Counted from the stretch's first letter, positions 1 through 11,528 are shown. The stretch is 64,000 nt of DNA from Flavobacteriaceae bacterium (GCA_002400885.1 NVRM01000002.1:739-64738), one strand, 5' to 3'. Program-made: numbers and translations. Notes: generated from the sequence alone by a model not told the origin.

Positions 1-260
1 GGGGTGTTCGTGAGTTGCTTCGCAGTTATTTCTCCAAAACCAGCTATGCTGCCTCATGAATTCCAATTTATTAAATAAAAAAGGGATGAATAAAACGAAC
101 CTAAAAAGGAGACTTTTATGAGGTGTTTTTTAAGGAGGCAAAAAAAAGCCATTCAAAGTGACGCATATGTACCTTCATGAATGCTGCTAGTTTTCAAAAC
201 AACTCTCTTTATGAAAACACCTGCTAATTTCATACCTTGAAGAATCGTTTTCTTAAAAAA

Positions 261-292
261 ACAAAAAAGCCTGTAATCTCACGATTACAGGC
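261..292 (-). terminator. Rho-independent terminator of valS
   Basis: Perfect 10-bp stem GCCTGTAATC/GATTACAGGC (269-278 / 283-292) with a 4-nt loop. On the minus strand it is followed by a T6 run and lies about 30 nt after the valS stop. Confidence 0.75.
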
Positions 293-320
293 TTCAATTA
301 TATACTATAGTTACTCTTCT

Positions 321-2948
321 TTACAAAGCAGCTAAACTAGACTTTAAGGTCTCAATTTTAGCTTCGGCATCTGCCTGTTTACTACGTTCGATTTCAATAA
401 CTTTAGGAGGTGCGTTATTTACAAAACGCTCATTACTTAATTTTTTCAATACAGAATTTAAAAATCCTTGTGTATATTTAAGTTCCTCTTCTAATTTTGC
501 TTTTTCTGCTTCAACATCCACTGCTCCAACCATCGGAATAAAATATTCGTTCGATTTTACACGGTAGCTTAACGCGCCTTCCACTTTTTCTGAAACGTAA
601 GACAGTTCAGAAACATTCCCCATTTTTTGGATCACCGCATCAAAATTAGTTGCTGCTTTTTCGTTGTTTATCACAAACAATTCAATGGTGTCCTTAAAGG
701 CTATATTTTTATCTTTTCTAATCGTTCTAATTCCAGAAACAACTTCCTTCGCTACGATGAACTCTTTTAAAAGTACCGTATTTACTTCCTTAGTCGTAGG
801 ATATTCTGCAATAATAAGCGCTTCTTCTGGAGTTCTATCCGTAATGTTTTGCCATAATTCCTCTGTAATAAAAGGCATATATGGATGTAACACTTTTAAG
901 TTATCTTCAAAAAATGCGATAATCGCTTTGTACGATGTTGCATCAATTGGTTGTTGATAGCCTGGTTTTACCATCTCCAAGAACCATGAAGAGAAATCGT
1001 CCCAGAATAATTTGTACAAACTCATTAGTGCTTCACTAATTCTGTATTGCTCAAATGATTTATCGATATCAGCAATTACTTCTTGGAATTTAGACGCATA
1101 CCATTCGATCGCTATTTTAGCAGACTCAGGTTGTGGTATTGTTTCAGAAACTTCCCATCCTTGTACCAAACGGTAAGCATTCCATATTTTATTAGAGAAG
1201 TTACGTCCTTGTGCACATAGTTCTTCTTCGAATAATAAATCATTTCCAGCAGCCGCACATAATAACATTCCTACACGTACACCATCGGCACCATATTTTT
1301 CCATCAACTCAATAGGATCTGGAGAATTCCCTAAAGACTTAGACATCTTTCTACCTTGCTTGTCTCTTACAATTCCTGTAAAATAAACATTGCTAAAAGG
1401 TTTTTCATTTTTAAACTCATAGCCCGCAAATATCATACGTGCCACCCAGAAGAAAATAATATCTGGTCCGGTTACTAAATCGTTTGTTGGGTAATAATAT
1501 TTAAAGTCTTCGTTTTCTGGATTACGAATCCCATCAAAAACAGAGATAGGCCATAACCAAGAAGAGAACCAAGTATCCAATGCATCTGGATCTTGTGTTA
1601 AATCAGCTACTGTTACTTCCTTTCCTAATTTTTCTGAAGCCAATTTACTTGCTTCTTCAATGGTTTCTGCAACCACAAAATCATTGACTCCTTCGTCATA
1701 AAAGTATGCTGGAATCTGATGTCCCCACCATAATTGACGAGAGATATTCCAATCGCGGATATTCTCTAACCAATGTTTATAGGTACTATTATAATGTTTT
1801 GGGTATAATTTTATTTCTTCGTCTTCTAACACCGCCTTTAAAGCAGGTGGTACAATAGAATCCATTTTCAAGAACCACTGGGCAGAAATTTTAGGTTCAA
1901 TCACCGCTTTTGTACGTTCCGAAGTCCCTACTTTATGCAAGTGCTGCTCTACCTTAGTCAAGCAACCTAATTCTTTTAATTCCGCTGTGATTTCCTTACG
2001 AACCACAAAACGATCTTTCCCTTGATAATGCAATCCGTTTTTATTCAAACTAGCATCATCATTTAAAATATCAATCACTTCTAATTGATGTTTCTCTCCT
2101 AAAACTTTATCATTTTGATCATGTGCAGGTGTTACTTTTAAACAACCTGTACCAAATTCGATATCTACATATTCATCCTCAATAATAGGAATAGATCTGT
2201 TTGCAATAGGCACAATAGCACGTTTTCCTTTTAAATGAGAAAATCGTGGATCGTTTGGATTGATACAAATAGCAGTATCTCCTAAAATAGTTTCCGGTCT
2301 AGTGGTCGCTACAGTTAACACATCATCAGAACCTTCTATTTTATAAGTAATATAATATAAATTACCCATTTTTTCTTCAAAGATTACTTCCTCATCAGAC
2401 AAGGTTGTTTTCGCTGAAGGATCCCAGTTCACCATTCTATAACCACGATAAATCAATCCTTTTTTGTATAAATCAACAAAAATGGTGTTCACGGCTTCAC
2501 TTAAATCTGGATCCAAAGTAAATTTTGTACGTTCCCAATCACAAGAAGCACCTAATTTTTTTAGTTGTTCTAATATAATTCCCCCGTGTTTATCCGTCCA
2601 ATCCCAAGCATGTTTTAAAAACTCATCCCTTGTAAGATCAGCTTTGTCAATCCCTTCTTCTTTCAGTTTAGCAACTACTTTTGCTTCCGTAGCAATAGAA
2701 GCATGGTCCGTTCCAGGTACCCAACAAGCATTAAATCCTTTCAAACGCGCACGTCTAATCAAAACATCTTGAATGGTGTTATTTAACATATGCCCCATAT
2801 GTAATACACCGGTTACATTGGGTGGTGGAATTACAATTGTATAAGCTTCTTTTTCATTAGGCGTCGAATGAAAATAATTATTTTTCATCCAGTAGTCGTA
2901 CCATTTATCTTCAACCTCTAATGGGTTGTATTTTGTTGCTAAATTCAT
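321..2948 (-). CDS. valS: Valine--tRNA ligase
   Basis: 875-aa ORF with a class I aaRS HIGH-type motif ([15 protein letters not shown]) and KMSKS. The C-terminal coiled coil is typical of ValRS. Confidence 0.97.
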   Translation of the reverse strand: MNLATKYNPLEVEDKWYDYWMKNNYFHSTPNEKEAYTIVIPPPNVTGVLHMGHMLNNTIQDVLIRRARLKGFNACWVPGTDHASIATEAKVVAKLKEEGIDKADLTRDEFLKHAWDWTDKHGGIILEQLKKLGASCDWERTKFTLDPDLSEAVNTIFVDLYKKGLIYRGYRMVNWDPSAKTTLSDEEVIFEEKMGNLYYITYKIEGSDDVLTVATTRPETILGDTAICINPNDPRFSHLKGKRAIVPIANRSIPIIEDEYVDIEFGTGCLKVTPAHDQNDKVLGEKHQLEVIDILNDDASLNKNGLHYQGKDRFVVRKEITAELKELGCLTKVEQHLHKVGTSERTKAVIEPKISAQWFLKMDSIVPPALKAVLEDEEIKLYPKHYNSTYKHWLENIRDWNISRQLWWGHQIPAYFYDEGVNDFVVAETIEEASKLASEKLGKEVTVADLTQDPDALDTWFSSWLWPISVFDGIRNPENEDFKYYYPTNDLVTGPDIIFFWVARMIFAGYEFKNEKPFSNVYFTGIVRDKQGRKMSKSLGNSPDPIELMEKYGADGVRVGMLLCAAAGNDLLFEEELCAQGRNFSNKIWNAYRLVQGWEVSETIPQPESAKIAIEWYASKFQEVIADIDKSFEQYRISEALMSLYKLFWDDFSSWFLEMVKPGYQQPIDATSYKAIIAFFEDNLKVLHPYMPFITEELWQNITDRTPEEALIIAEYPTTKEVNTVLLKEFIVAKEVVSGIRTIRKDKNIAFKDTIELFVINNEKAATNFDAVIQKMGNVSELSYVSEKVEGALSYRVKSNEYFIPMVGAVDVEAEKAKLEEELKYTQGFLNSVLKKLSNERFVNNAPPKVIEIERSKQADAEAKIETLKSSLAAL

Positions 2949-3058
2949 TTTGGTCTAATATTTGCAAATAGAAAGGCAAATGTACGATTATAGTACTGAA
3001 CTAAAAATTTTTTGAAAACATAAAAAAAGACTAACTTTACCATTTAAAAAACAAAAAT

Positions 3059-3490
3059 ATGAAAAAATTATTTACAATATTATGTATCGGTTTTATAACC
3101 ATGAGTGCAATGGCACAAGAAAAAACTATTGCTACCATTGATCCTAATGCTCCAGTATTCGAATTTGAAGCGGAAGTGATTGACTATGGGAAAATTGAGT
3201 ACAAAGCAGATGGAGTAAGAACCTTCAAATTTAAAAACACAGGGAAATCTCCTTTAATTATTTCTCGTATTCAATCTAGTTGTGGTTGTACGACACCTAA
3301 AAAACCTAAACACCCAATTATGCCAGGAGAAACTGGAGAAATTGATGTAAAATATGCAACAAATAGAGTTGGAGGTTTTTCAAAGACCATTACCGTTTAT
3401 TCTAATGCTACAGAAAAAATGAAGCGTTTACGTATAAAAGGAATTGTTGGAAAAAACCCAGCCTTAGCCAAAAAGAAAGCGTCAAAGTAA
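3059..3490 (+). CDS. DUF1573-family secreted protein
   Basis: 143-aa ORF with an N-terminal signal peptide and the SSCGCT motif I associate with DUF1573 proteins of Bacteroidota. Confidence 0.8.
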   Translation: MKKLFTILCIGFITMSAMAQEKTIATIDPNAPVFEFEAEVIDYGKIEYKADGVRTFKFKNTGKSPLIISRIQSSCGCTTPKKPKHPIMPGETGEIDVKYATNRVGGFSKTITVYSNATEKMKRLRIKGIVGKNPALAKKKASK

Positions 3491-3510
3491 TCACTACTTA
3501 TTAGGCGATA

Positions 3511-3543
3511 AAAAAGACTCCGATTCCTCGGAGTTTTTTTTTG
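3511..3543. terminator. Bidirectional rho-independent terminator between convergent genes
   Basis: Stem ACTCCGA/TCGGAGT with a TTCC loop, flanked by A5 upstream and T9 downstream. It sits between the 3' ends of the 3059..3490 (+) and 3564..4907 (-) genes. Confidence 0.7.
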
Positions 3544-3563
3544 TTTAAAAAAGTCCACCCCCT

Positions 3564-4907
3564 TTAAAAAAGCTTTTTTAATTTAAATTTAAAACTACGT
3601 TCATAGCCATTTCTATTTACTTTAATTTTAAATTTACGATTGGGTTTACTATAAAACAAATCTACAATTTCTTCCAAACTAAAAAGATGAGCTGCTTTAT
3701 TATTCACAGATAAGAATATATCATCCTCACGCAAACCCGCGAGATAAGCAGGCGAATTTTCACGAACGGAGAATATTCTATAGGATGGTTTAAAAACAAA
3801 TTTGTAATTATAATTTATAGTTACTACAATATTCTCAACACCACTTGTTGACACTCCCTCTTCTGGAAGCATGGAGGTCTCGGTTTCTTTCACTAATACT
3901 TGCCCACTATACATCAATTCTATTCCACTCATATTATAGTTAAATGGCGCATTAAATTTCCTTGCTTTTTTAAGATAAAGTGTTTCATTTTTATAATCTA
4001 AAACAAGCTTAAACCTACTTAAAATCATCCCTCCAACACTTCCATTTCTATCCAATTGTTTTCTTGCAATTACAATTGCCGAAGAATCTGGATAAGCAAC
4101 CGTAGGCTGTTTCAATTCGTAATCTCCCATAAAAACACTGTAAATTTTTGCTCTTTTCCCCATAATCACACCGCTCAAGCCTTCCCCTAAATAATCATGG
4201 AAATAATGTTCCGGAGCTATAATAAAAGGGTTACTATCTTTAAACAACCACAGTCCTTCACTCCCTCCAGAATCAATCAATAATTTCACTAAAAGAGGAT
4301 CGTCTTGTTCTTTTAACTTTATGTTTACATGTACATAAGGTTTGTTATTATAAAAAGTTAACGGTAATTTTTCGTAATTTTTAATTTTTCTAGTTCGAAA
4401 TTCAGCGTGCCTATAAAAAGTGATTTTCTTGTTTGAATAATCTATAGATACAACAAAATCCTTCAGCAATTCATAGCCAATAATACCATGAATCGTGAGT
4501 CCAAGTTTTGCTGACAGGTCAAAGTCGCTGTCTAATATAAAGAGTAGATTTTGATGTAAACTTACAATGTTTTGTAGTTGTATTTTATTGTTTTGAGACA
4601 GAAGAGCGTTCACGGGATCCTTAGACCCCAAACCTCTAATTTTAACCTTCTTAACCCTCTTTAAACCCAAGGAGTCGATTTCGTTTAAACTAAACAAAAT
4701 AGTCCTACTCACTCCTGTATCTAAGATGAAGTTCAATTCTTTTCCATTAACCTTCACAGGAATAATAATCAAATTATTTTTATGGATAAAAGAAAGTTGC
4801 TGTTTGCTTTTAGGACCTCTTAAATGAAACTCCCCTTGTCCATGTGTATGGTGTAAAAAAAAACCACAAACAAACAGAAAGATAACAAGAGGTCTACAAT
4901 TCATCAA
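3564..4907 (-). CDS. Secreted retropepsin-like aspartyl protease with C-terminal PDZ-like domain
   Basis: 447-aa ORF with a signal peptide and two aspartyl-protease type motifs (LDTGVS, IDSGGS). The C-terminal segment (SPAYLAGLREDDIFLSVNN) resembles a PDZ domain. Confidence 0.75.
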   Translation of the reverse strand: MMNCRPLVIFLFVCGFFLHHTHGQGEFHLRGPKSKQQLSFIHKNNLIIIPVKVNGKELNFILDTGVSRTILFSLNEIDSLGLKRVKKVKIRGLGSKDPVNALLSQNNKIQLQNIVSLHQNLLFILDSDFDLSAKLGLTIHGIIGYELLKDFVVSIDYSNKKITFYRHAEFRTRKIKNYEKLPLTFYNNKPYVHVNIKLKEQDDPLLVKLLIDSGGSEGLWLFKDSNPFIIAPEHYFHDYLGEGLSGVIMGKRAKIYSVFMGDYELKQPTVAYPDSSAIVIARKQLDRNGSVGGMILSRFKLVLDYKNETLYLKKARKFNAPFNYNMSGIELMYSGQVLVKETETSMLPEEGVSTSGVENIVVTINYNYKFVFKPSYRIFSVRENSPAYLAGLREDDIFLSVNNKAAHLFSLEEIVDLFYSKPNRKFKIKVNRNGYERSFKFKLKKLF

Positions 4908-5055
4908 AAGTCAACAGTTTAGCCTTCTAAGATACAATAACAGAAAGAATACACCTAATAATTGGAGAATATTTAAGCTCAGAATTTTATATAAATAAGC
5001 AATGAAATTCAAAAATATTTTGCAATTTTGTATCTCAATATTAATCGATTTTAAC

Positions 5056-6249
5056 ATGCCAAAGATATCTACAAAGGGCTTAAACATGCCTGAATCACCA
5101 ATCAGAAAATTAGTTCCTTTTGCTGAAAAAGCTAAGAAAAAGGGAGTTGAAGTATTTCATTTAAATATAGGACAACCAGACATTCAAACACCGGAAGTTG
5201 CACTAAAAGCAATTCGTGAAAACGAAATAAACGTGTTAGCATATAGCATGTCTGAAGGTTCCGAGCAATACCGTACGAAACTCGCGGCTTATTATCAAAA
5301 AAACAATATTAATATAGGTGCAGAACATATAATTGTAACTACAGGAGGGTCCGAAGCTTTATTATTTGCTTTAGGAACTGTCTGTGATCATGGCGATGAA
5401 ATAATTATCCCAGAGCCTTTTTATGCCAACTACAATGGTTTTTCTACCGCTTCAGGTGTCACCATTAAACCGATCATGTCAAGCATAGATAACGGTTTTG
5501 CATTGCCAGAAATTTCTGAATTTGAAAAGCTAATCACAGCCAAGACCAAAGCAATTCTTATCTGCAACCCTGGAAATCCAACAGGATACGTTTACTCAAA
5601 GGAAGAAATCCAAAAATTAGCCGAAATTGTAAAAAAACACGACTTATTTTTAATTGCTGATGAAGTATACCGCGAATTCATATACGACGAAGAAGTAAAA
5701 CATCATTCTGTATTATCAGGATTTGGTTTGGAAGAACACGCGATCATAATAGATTCCGTTTCCAAACGTTACAGTATGTGTGGAGCGAGAATTGGTTGTA
5801 TTATTTCTAAAAACAAGGAAGTAATGCAAACTGCCATGAAATTTGCTCAAGCGAGATTAAGTCCTCCTACCTATGCACAAATAGCTAGTGAAGCGGCCTT
5901 AGAAACTCCTGAAAGTTATTTTACAGATGTTATTGTAGAATACAAAGCACGTCGTGACATTTTGATTCATGAACTACAAAAAATAGAAGGTGTAAAAGTA
6001 GCCACTCCCAAAGGAGCGTTTTACTGTGTAGTAGAATTACCTATTGCAGATGCTGACAATTTTGCACAATGGCTGCTAGAAGATTTCAGTTCTAATAACC
6101 AAACGATAATGGTTGCCCCTGCTGCTGGATTTTATTCCACTCCAGGAGTCGGTACCAATCAAATCCGAATTGCATATGTGCTTAAACAAGAAGCATTGGT
6201 AAGATCGGTTGAACTATTAAAGGAAGCATTAAAATTATACAAAGCCTAA
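5056..6249 (+). CDS. Class I/II pyridoxal-phosphate aminotransferase (aspartate aminotransferase-like)
   Basis: PLP-lysine motif SVSKRYSMCGARIG and NPGNPTG are present. I prefer the internal ATG at 5056 (MPKISTKG...) because the 18-aa extension from 5002 has no similarity to aminotransferase N-termini. Confidence 0.9.
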   Translation: MPKISTKGLNMPESPIRKLVPFAEKAKKKGVEVFHLNIGQPDIQTPEVALKAIRENEINVLAYSMSEGSEQYRTKLAAYYQKNNINIGAEHIIVTTGGSEALLFALGTVCDHGDEIIIPEPFYANYNGFSTASGVTIKPIMSSIDNGFALPEISEFEKLITAKTKAILICNPGNPTGYVYSKEEIQKLAEIVKKHDLFLIADEVYREFIYDEEVKHHSVLSGFGLEEHAIIIDSVSKRYSMCGARIGCIISKNKEVMQTAMKFAQARLSPPTYAQIASEAALETPESYFTDVIVEYKARRDILIHELQKIEGVKVATPKGAFYCVVELPIADADNFAQWLLEDFSSNNQTIMVAPAAGFYSTPGVGTNQIRIAYVLKQEALVRSVELLKEALKLYKA

Positions 6250-6250
6250 G

Positions 6251-7261
6251 TTGAAAATACAACATAACATTTCTTTAAAACAATACAACACTTTCGGCAT
6301 TGATGTCAATGCCGAAAGATTTGTTGAAATTACTTCTGTAATGGCGCTTAAAACGCTTTTAGCTACAGAAAAAGACCTTTTTATTATTAGTGGAGGAAGT
6401 AATATGTTACTTCTTTCTGATATTAAAAAACTAGTGGTTTTATTAAATATTGAAGGAATCATCATCCAAGAAACACAAGATAACGATGTTTTTGTAACAG
6501 CCAATGCCGGAGAAAACTGGCATGATTTTGTACTTTGGTGTATCGATCAAAACTACGGAGGATTAGAAAATCTTTCTTTGATCCCTGGAAATGTAGGCTC
6601 CTGCCCTATCCAAAACATAGGTGCCTATGGCGTGGAAGTAAAAGACACTATACATCAGGTTACCGCAGTAGAAATTGCGACTGGTAAAACCCGAATTTTC
6701 TCCAACGAGGACTGTGATTTTGGATATAGAAATTCTATTTTCAAAAACGAGTTAAAAGGAGCTTATATTATTACCACCGTTTCTTTTAAACTGACAAAAA
6801 CAACGCATCAAATTCACGATGGTTACGGAGCCATTCAAGCAGCATTAAAAGAAAACAACATTACAGAACCTAGTATTAAGGATGTTTCTAAGGCCGTTAT
6901 CGCCATTAGAACTTCTAAATTACCTGACCCAAAAGATATTGGAAATAGTGGTAGCTTTTTTAAAAACCCAGTGGTGAACACTGCTGTTTTTGAAAAAATA
7001 CAGGGCAACTATCCTTCTATGCCATTTTATAAAGTAAGTGATGACAACATAAAAATACCAGCAGGATGGCTTATAGAAACATGTGGTTTTAAAGGAAAAC
7101 GTTACGGAGATACAGGCGTCCATAAAAATCAAGCTTTAGTACTTGTAAATTACGGAAATGCTACGGGTAAAGAAATTTACGCTTTAGCTGAAAAAATTCA
7201 AACATCTGTCTTAAAGACTTTTGACATCTCTTTAGACATAGAAGTCAATATTGTAAGATAA
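6251..7261 (+). CDS. murB: UDP-N-acetylenolpyruvoylglucosamine reductase
   Basis: 336-aa ORF with a typical MurB N-terminus (SLKQYNTFGI) and FAD-binding region. The TTG start lies 1 nt after the stop of the upstream gene. Confidence 0.92.
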   Translation: MKIQHNISLKQYNTFGIDVNAERFVEITSVMALKTLLATEKDLFIISGGSNMLLLSDIKKLVVLLNIEGIIIQETQDNDVFVTANAGENWHDFVLWCIDQNYGGLENLSLIPGNVGSCPIQNIGAYGVEVKDTIHQVTAVEIATGKTRIFSNEDCDFGYRNSIFKNELKGAYIITTVSFKLTKTTHQIHDGYGAIQAALKENNITEPSIKDVSKAVIAIRTSKLPDPKDIGNSGSFFKNPVVNTAVFEKIQGNYPSMPFYKVSDDNIKIPAGWLIETCGFKGKRYGDTGVHKNQALVLVNYGNATGKEIYALAEKIQTSVLKTFDISLDIEVNIVR

Positions 7262-7393
7262 AAAACTACAAATCAACTCGTTTCTACAGAAACTCGGATT
7301 GTATGACCTTAGGTCTTTGACTAAAAGTTGGGGAAAACCATCCCTTTTCCTCACCTTTCACTCAAGGAACTACAAAACTCTTCCCCACTCAAT

Positions 7394-8173
7394 CTATAAA
7401 GGAATTTGAATCCCCAAGGTATCATAAGCCACAAACACATTGTCTGGTAATGTTTTTTGCAAATCCTCATGCAAGCCCAAATAATGACTTATATGTGTTA
7501 AATACGCCTGTTTTGGTTTTAAATATTTAATTATTACCAGCGCTTCCTCCAAACTTAAATGTGAGTGATGTGGCTTAAAACGCACTGCATTTATCACTAA
7601 AACATCTAAATTTTTCAATTTATCTAATTCCTCTTTAGCAATAGCCTTTGCATCAGTAACATAAGCAAACTTCTCACCAAATTTATAGCCTAAAATAGGT
7701 AGATTTCCGTGCATCACTTGAATCGGCAATACAATTAGCCCCTTTAATTCAAAAGGACTATCCGCTACAACATGCTGTTCTATATATGGAGCTCCAGGAT
7801 ATTTATTTTCATCATTAAAGATATAATTAAACCTTATTATTAAAGAGTCCAAGACGTTTTTTTGTGCATAAAAAGGCAGCTTTCCAAGCTTAAATGCATA
7901 GGGCCTCACATCATCCAAGCCAGCCGTATGATCAGCATGTTCATGTGTAAACAAAACACCATCTATATGTTGTACGTTTTCTCGCAACATTTGATAGCGA
8001 AAATCAGGGCCACAATCCACAATATAACAAGCTCCCTCCCATTCCACTTTTATAGAAACACGCAAGCGTTTATCCTTTTTATCAGCAGACAAAAAAACAG
8101 GATGCTCCATCCCTATAACGGGTATCCCAGTAGAGGTTCCCGTCCCTAAAAAAGTTACTTTTATATTTTTCAT
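7394..8173 (-). CDS. MBL-fold metallo-hydrolase
   Basis: 259-aa ORF with the HxHxDH motif (THEHADHTAG). Confidence 0.85.
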   Translation of the reverse strand: MKNIKVTFLGTGTSTGIPVIGMEHPVFLSADKKDKRLRVSIKVEWEGACYIVDCGPDFRYQMLRENVQHIDGVLFTHEHADHTAGLDDVRPYAFKLGKLPFYAQKNVLDSLIIRFNYIFNDENKYPGAPYIEQHVVADSPFELKGLIVLPIQVMHGNLPILGYKFGEKFAYVTDAKAIAKEELDKLKNLDVLVINAVRFKPHHSHLSLEEALVIIKYLKPKQAYLTHISHYLGLHEDLQKTLPDNVFVAYDTLGIQIPL

Positions 8174-8527
8174 TGCTCAAAATTAATTTTATTATTTAGA
8201 ATCAGTATCATTTTTCATAAAAAGAAATAAAACCAGTGCTTCTATTCATCACTCAAAACAAAAATAACATGCCAGAATACCACACATAACACAAGATTTT
8301 TAGCAACTCCCCTATTTCAAATAGCTTGACTTTTATCATAGAATACACAATAAAAAGAACTTAGATTTACTGCTATTACTATTTGTTTTTACACAGGTAG
8401 TCGTTTTCATAACAAGAAGTACAACGTATCTTTATTTACAGTCCTAACATTTAACAATCTCTAAATGAATCTATTCATAGCCATTTAGAACACATAAATT
8501 AACAGTAAATACTAAATAACTACATAT

Positions 8528-9628
8528 ATGAAAATAGGTTTTCTAAAAGAAAGTCGCAAGGGAGAAAAACGAGTCGCTGTCACCCCTACTATCGCAAAAT
8601 TATTTAAATCAAAAGGTTTTGAAATTTTGGTAGAAAAAGATGCTGGAAAGGCATCCAATTTCAAAAACTCTAAATACGAAAAAGCAGGAGCTACTATGCT
8701 AGACCATGCTTCTATATTTCAGCAATCTGATATTGTAGTCAAAATTAACCCTTTTGAAGAAGAGGAAATTAAACTACTAAAAGAAGGTCAATCTACGGTA
8801 AGTTTACTGTTTCACCTTTCAAATCCAGCCATCATCACGGCTTTGGCAAGTAAAAAGGTGTCTTCTTTTTCTTTAGATGCTATTCCGAGAATATCCCGTG
8901 CCCAAGACATGGATATTTTAAGTTCACAAAACAATCTTGCTGGTTATAAAGCAGTGATTTTAGGAGCTTACGAAATGTCTAAGATATTCCCATTAATGAT
9001 GACCGCTGCAGGAACGATTACTCCTTCAAGAGTTCTTATTTATGGAGTTGGTGTTGCTGGCCTACAGGCAATCGCTACCGCAAAAAGATTAGGAGCCATT
9101 GTAGAAGCAACCGACATTAGACAAGACACAAAAGAACAGACAGAATCTTTAGGAGCCAAATTTATAAGCGTAGACAATACCGGAGAAAAAGAAGAAGGTG
9201 GTTATGCAAAAGAAGCCTCTGATGATTATAAAAGAAGACAAAAAGAAGCGGTTGACAAATCTCTTTTCCAAGCTGATTTAGTAATTACAACTGCTTTTGT
9301 TCCTGGAAAAAAAGCACCTATTTTAATTTCAAAGGAACAAGTACTCCAAATGAAAGAAGGCGCTGTAATTGTGGATCTCGCAGCAGGCCAAGGCGGAAAC
9401 TGTGAATTGAGTAAACTCAACAAGATCGTGGTAGAAAACGGCGTTAAAATCATTGGAACGACCAATTCTCCAGAAAGTGTTGCCACAAATGCCAGTGAAT
9501 TGTTTGGGAAAAACGTTTTCAACTTCCTAAAGCATTTGACCGATGAGGACAATAACTTTAAGTGGGATTTAGAAGATGAAATTACAAAAGCTACATTAAT
9601 CGTTCATAACGGAACTGTAAAACAATAA
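8528..9628 (+). CDS. pntAA: NAD(P) transhydrogenase alpha subunit, part 1 (dI domain)
   Basis: 366-aa ORF of alanine-dehydrogenase/PNT type with a Rossmann motif (YGVGVAGLQA). It is the first gene of a three-gene pnt operon. Confidence 0.93.
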   Translation: MKIGFLKESRKGEKRVAVTPTIAKLFKSKGFEILVEKDAGKASNFKNSKYEKAGATMLDHASIFQQSDIVVKINPFEEEEIKLLKEGQSTVSLLFHLSNPAIITALASKKVSSFSLDAIPRISRAQDMDILSSQNNLAGYKAVILGAYEMSKIFPLMMTAAGTITPSRVLIYGVGVAGLQAIATAKRLGAIVEATDIRQDTKEQTESLGAKFISVDNTGEKEEGGYAKEASDDYKRRQKEAVDKSLFQADLVITTAFVPGKKAPILISKEQVLQMKEGAVIVDLAAGQGGNCELSKLNKIVVENGVKIIGTTNSPESVATNASELFGKNVFNFLKHLTDEDNNFKWDLEDEITKATLIVHNGTVKQ

Positions 9629-9630
9629 CA

Positions 9631-9939
9631 ATGACAGAATTGATTGAATTTATAACCGCAAATCTTCAAATGATATACATCGTTATTCTGATGATATTTG
9701 TTGGAGTAGAAATTATAGGTCATGTACCTGCTGTTTTACACACCCCTTTAATGTCAGGAGCAAATGCCATACATGGTGTGGTGGTGGTGGGTGCAATTTT
9801 AGTAATGTTAGGTTCAGAACCTGACAATATCCTAGCACTTTCCCTTGGGTTTGTAGCCGTATTATTAGGCACACTAAACGTAGTAGGTGGTTTTGTTGTT
9901 ACAGACCGCATGTTAGAAATGTTTAAAAAGAAAAAATAA
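9631..9939 (+). CDS. pntAB: NAD(P) transhydrogenase alpha subunit, part 2 (membrane)
   Basis: 102-aa hydrophobic ORF lying 2 nt after pntAA. Its stop overlaps the pntB start. Confidence 0.9.
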   Translation: MTELIEFITANLQMIYIVILMIFVGVEIIGHVPAVLHTPLMSGANAIHGVVVVGAILVMLGSEPDNILALSLGFVAVLLGTLNVVGGFVVTDRMLEMFKKKK

Positions 9940-11327
9940 TGGAATTCATACTTACACTTATATATTTAGTTGCCTCAATTACATATATACTCGGTTTAAA
10001 AATGCTTGGACACCCAAAAACAGCCCGTAAAGGGAATTTAATTGCAGCATTTGGAATGGGAATTGCCATTATAGGAACCATTTTTATTTACCCTAAGGAG
10101 GTTCCTATGATGATTTATGTATTGATAGGAATCGCTATTTTAATAGGAACAATTATAGGATGGCTTGTGGCTAAAAAAGTAGCGATGACAAAAATGCCTG
10201 AACTCGTTTCTATTTTCAACGGAATGGGAGGTGCCAGTGCCGCACTTATTGGACTGATAGAGTTTCACCATTACCAAGGTCAAACATTATCTATTGTCAC
10301 CATTCTAGCAGGATTAATTATTGGAAGTATCTCCTTTTCTGGAAGTATGATTGCCTGGGGAAAATTAAATGGAACAATTAATAAACCCATCCGTATTCCC
10401 AAGTACAATATCATAAACAACCTGTTTTTTATTGTCCTAGTCGCCTTTGCTGGATTTATAGCATACCAAGGAATAGATAGTCAATTATACCTTTATGTAT
10501 TGTTTGTGGGAGCATTGGCCTACGGAGTTCTATTTGTTCTCCCTATAGGTGGAGCAGACATGCCTGTAGTAATCTCACTGCTAAATTCTTTTACAGGATT
10601 GGCCGCAGCATTGGGAGGTTTTTTATATGGAAATATGGTGATGCTAACCGGAGGAATCCTTGTAGGTTCTGCTGGTACCATATTAACGTTTGCCATGTGT
10701 GATGCGATGAATAGGTCTTTAAGTAGTGTTATTTTTGGAGCATTTGGAGCGACCACTTCTACAGCTACGGATGAAGCCTCTCGAAAAATAAAAGGAAACA
10801 TCAAGGAAACCACCCCTAGCGATGTTGCCATTTTAATGAATTACGCAAACAAGGTTATTATTATTCCTGGCTATGGTTTAGCAGTAGCCCAAGCCCAACA
10901 CATCATTCATGAACTTGAAGAATTACTCATAAAAAAAGGAGTGGAAGTAAAATACGCCATTCATCCAGTTGCTGGACGTATGCCTGGGCATATGAATGTA
11001 CTATTGGCTGAAACAAATGTATCTTATGACAGGCTGATAGAAATGGAAGACATAAACCCTGAATTTCCAAACACAGATGTTGTATTTGTTGTAGGGGCCA
11101 ATGACGTAGTAAATCCTGCAGCTCATAACGACCCGAGTAGTCCTATTTATGGAATGCCTATTTTAGAAGCTGAAAATGCAAAATACATCGTGGTAAACAA
11201 GCGAAGTATGAAACCTGGATATGCGGGAATAGAAAACGAACTTTTCTACAATCAAAAAACATCCATGCTGTTTGGTGATGCCAAAGATGCTTTAGGAAAA
11301 CTAGTAAGTGAATTAAAAAACATGTAA
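9939..11327 (+). CDS. pntB: NAD(P) transhydrogenase beta subunit
   Basis: 462-aa ORF with a polytopic N-terminal half and a soluble dIII-like C-terminus (VIIIPGYGLAVAQAQH, GANDVVNPAA). Confidence 0.95.
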   Translation: MEFILTLIYLVASITYILGLKMLGHPKTARKGNLIAAFGMGIAIIGTIFIYPKEVPMMIYVLIGIAILIGTIIGWLVAKKVAMTKMPELVSIFNGMGGASAALIGLIEFHHYQGQTLSIVTILAGLIIGSISFSGSMIAWGKLNGTINKPIRIPKYNIINNLFFIVLVAFAGFIAYQGIDSQLYLYVLFVGALAYGVLFVLPIGGADMPVVISLLNSFTGLAAALGGFLYGNMVMLTGGILVGSAGTILTFAMCDAMNRSLSSVIFGAFGATTSTATDEASRKIKGNIKETTPSDVAILMNYANKVIIIPGYGLAVAQAQHIIHELEELLIKKGVEVKYAIHPVAGRMPGHMNVLLAETNVSYDRLIEMEDINPEFPNTDVVFVVGANDVVNPAAHNDPSSPIYGMPILEAENAKYIVVNKRSMKPGYAGIENELFYNQKTSMLFGDAKDALGKLVSELKNM

Positions 11328-11348
11328 TCCCCCACTAAACATAGATTA

Positions 11349-11381
11349 AAAAACGAGCTTTAAAAGGCTCGTTTTTTTTTA
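11349..11381 (+). terminator. Rho-independent terminator of the pnt operon
   Basis: Stem AACGAGC/GCTCGTT followed by a T9 run, about 25 nt after the pntB stop. Confidence 0.75.
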
Positions 11382-11528
11382 CTATCAACCATCCTAAATA
11401 CCTTCTGGTGAAAAAACAGTCTAAAACACTCCCCTATTTAACAATCAAAATAAAACCACCGCTATTATATTAATAATTAAAAACTATGAAATTTGTCACT
11501 TTATTAAAAAAAACCCCATAAAATTTCA

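Noticed and set aside
1-78. Possible 3' end of a plus-strand gene entering from the left edge (frame open from nt 1 to TAA at 76-78)
   Set aside because: Only 25 codons are visible, with no recognisable motif, so it cannot be supported from this window alone.
118-236. 9-bp inverted repeat AGGTGTTTT / AAAACACCT about 100 nt apart downstream of valS
   Set aside because: It is a short arm in AT-rich sequence with a large, unstructured spacer, and is likely chance.
4855-4863. T9 homopolymer (minus strand) in the signal-peptide coding region of the aspartyl protease gene, considered as a possible phase-variation switch
   Set aside because: Runs of 8-10 A/T are frequent throughout this AT-rich window, also at 14814-14822, 38917-38926 and 55561-55568. 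Nothing else marks this gene as contingency-regulated, and read-level length variation would be needed to support the idea.
5002-5055. N-terminal extensions proposed by the ORF track. They occur here and at 16499-16543, 18077-18136, 21342-21431, 24102-24125, 35621-35653, 56327-56353, 61084-61176, 61051-61164 and 62315-62329.
   Set aside because: The extensions have non-protein-like composition and overlap -7 promoter boxes, hairpins or the divergent neighbour's promoter. Internal ATGs give N-termini matching the family, or a proper signal peptide.
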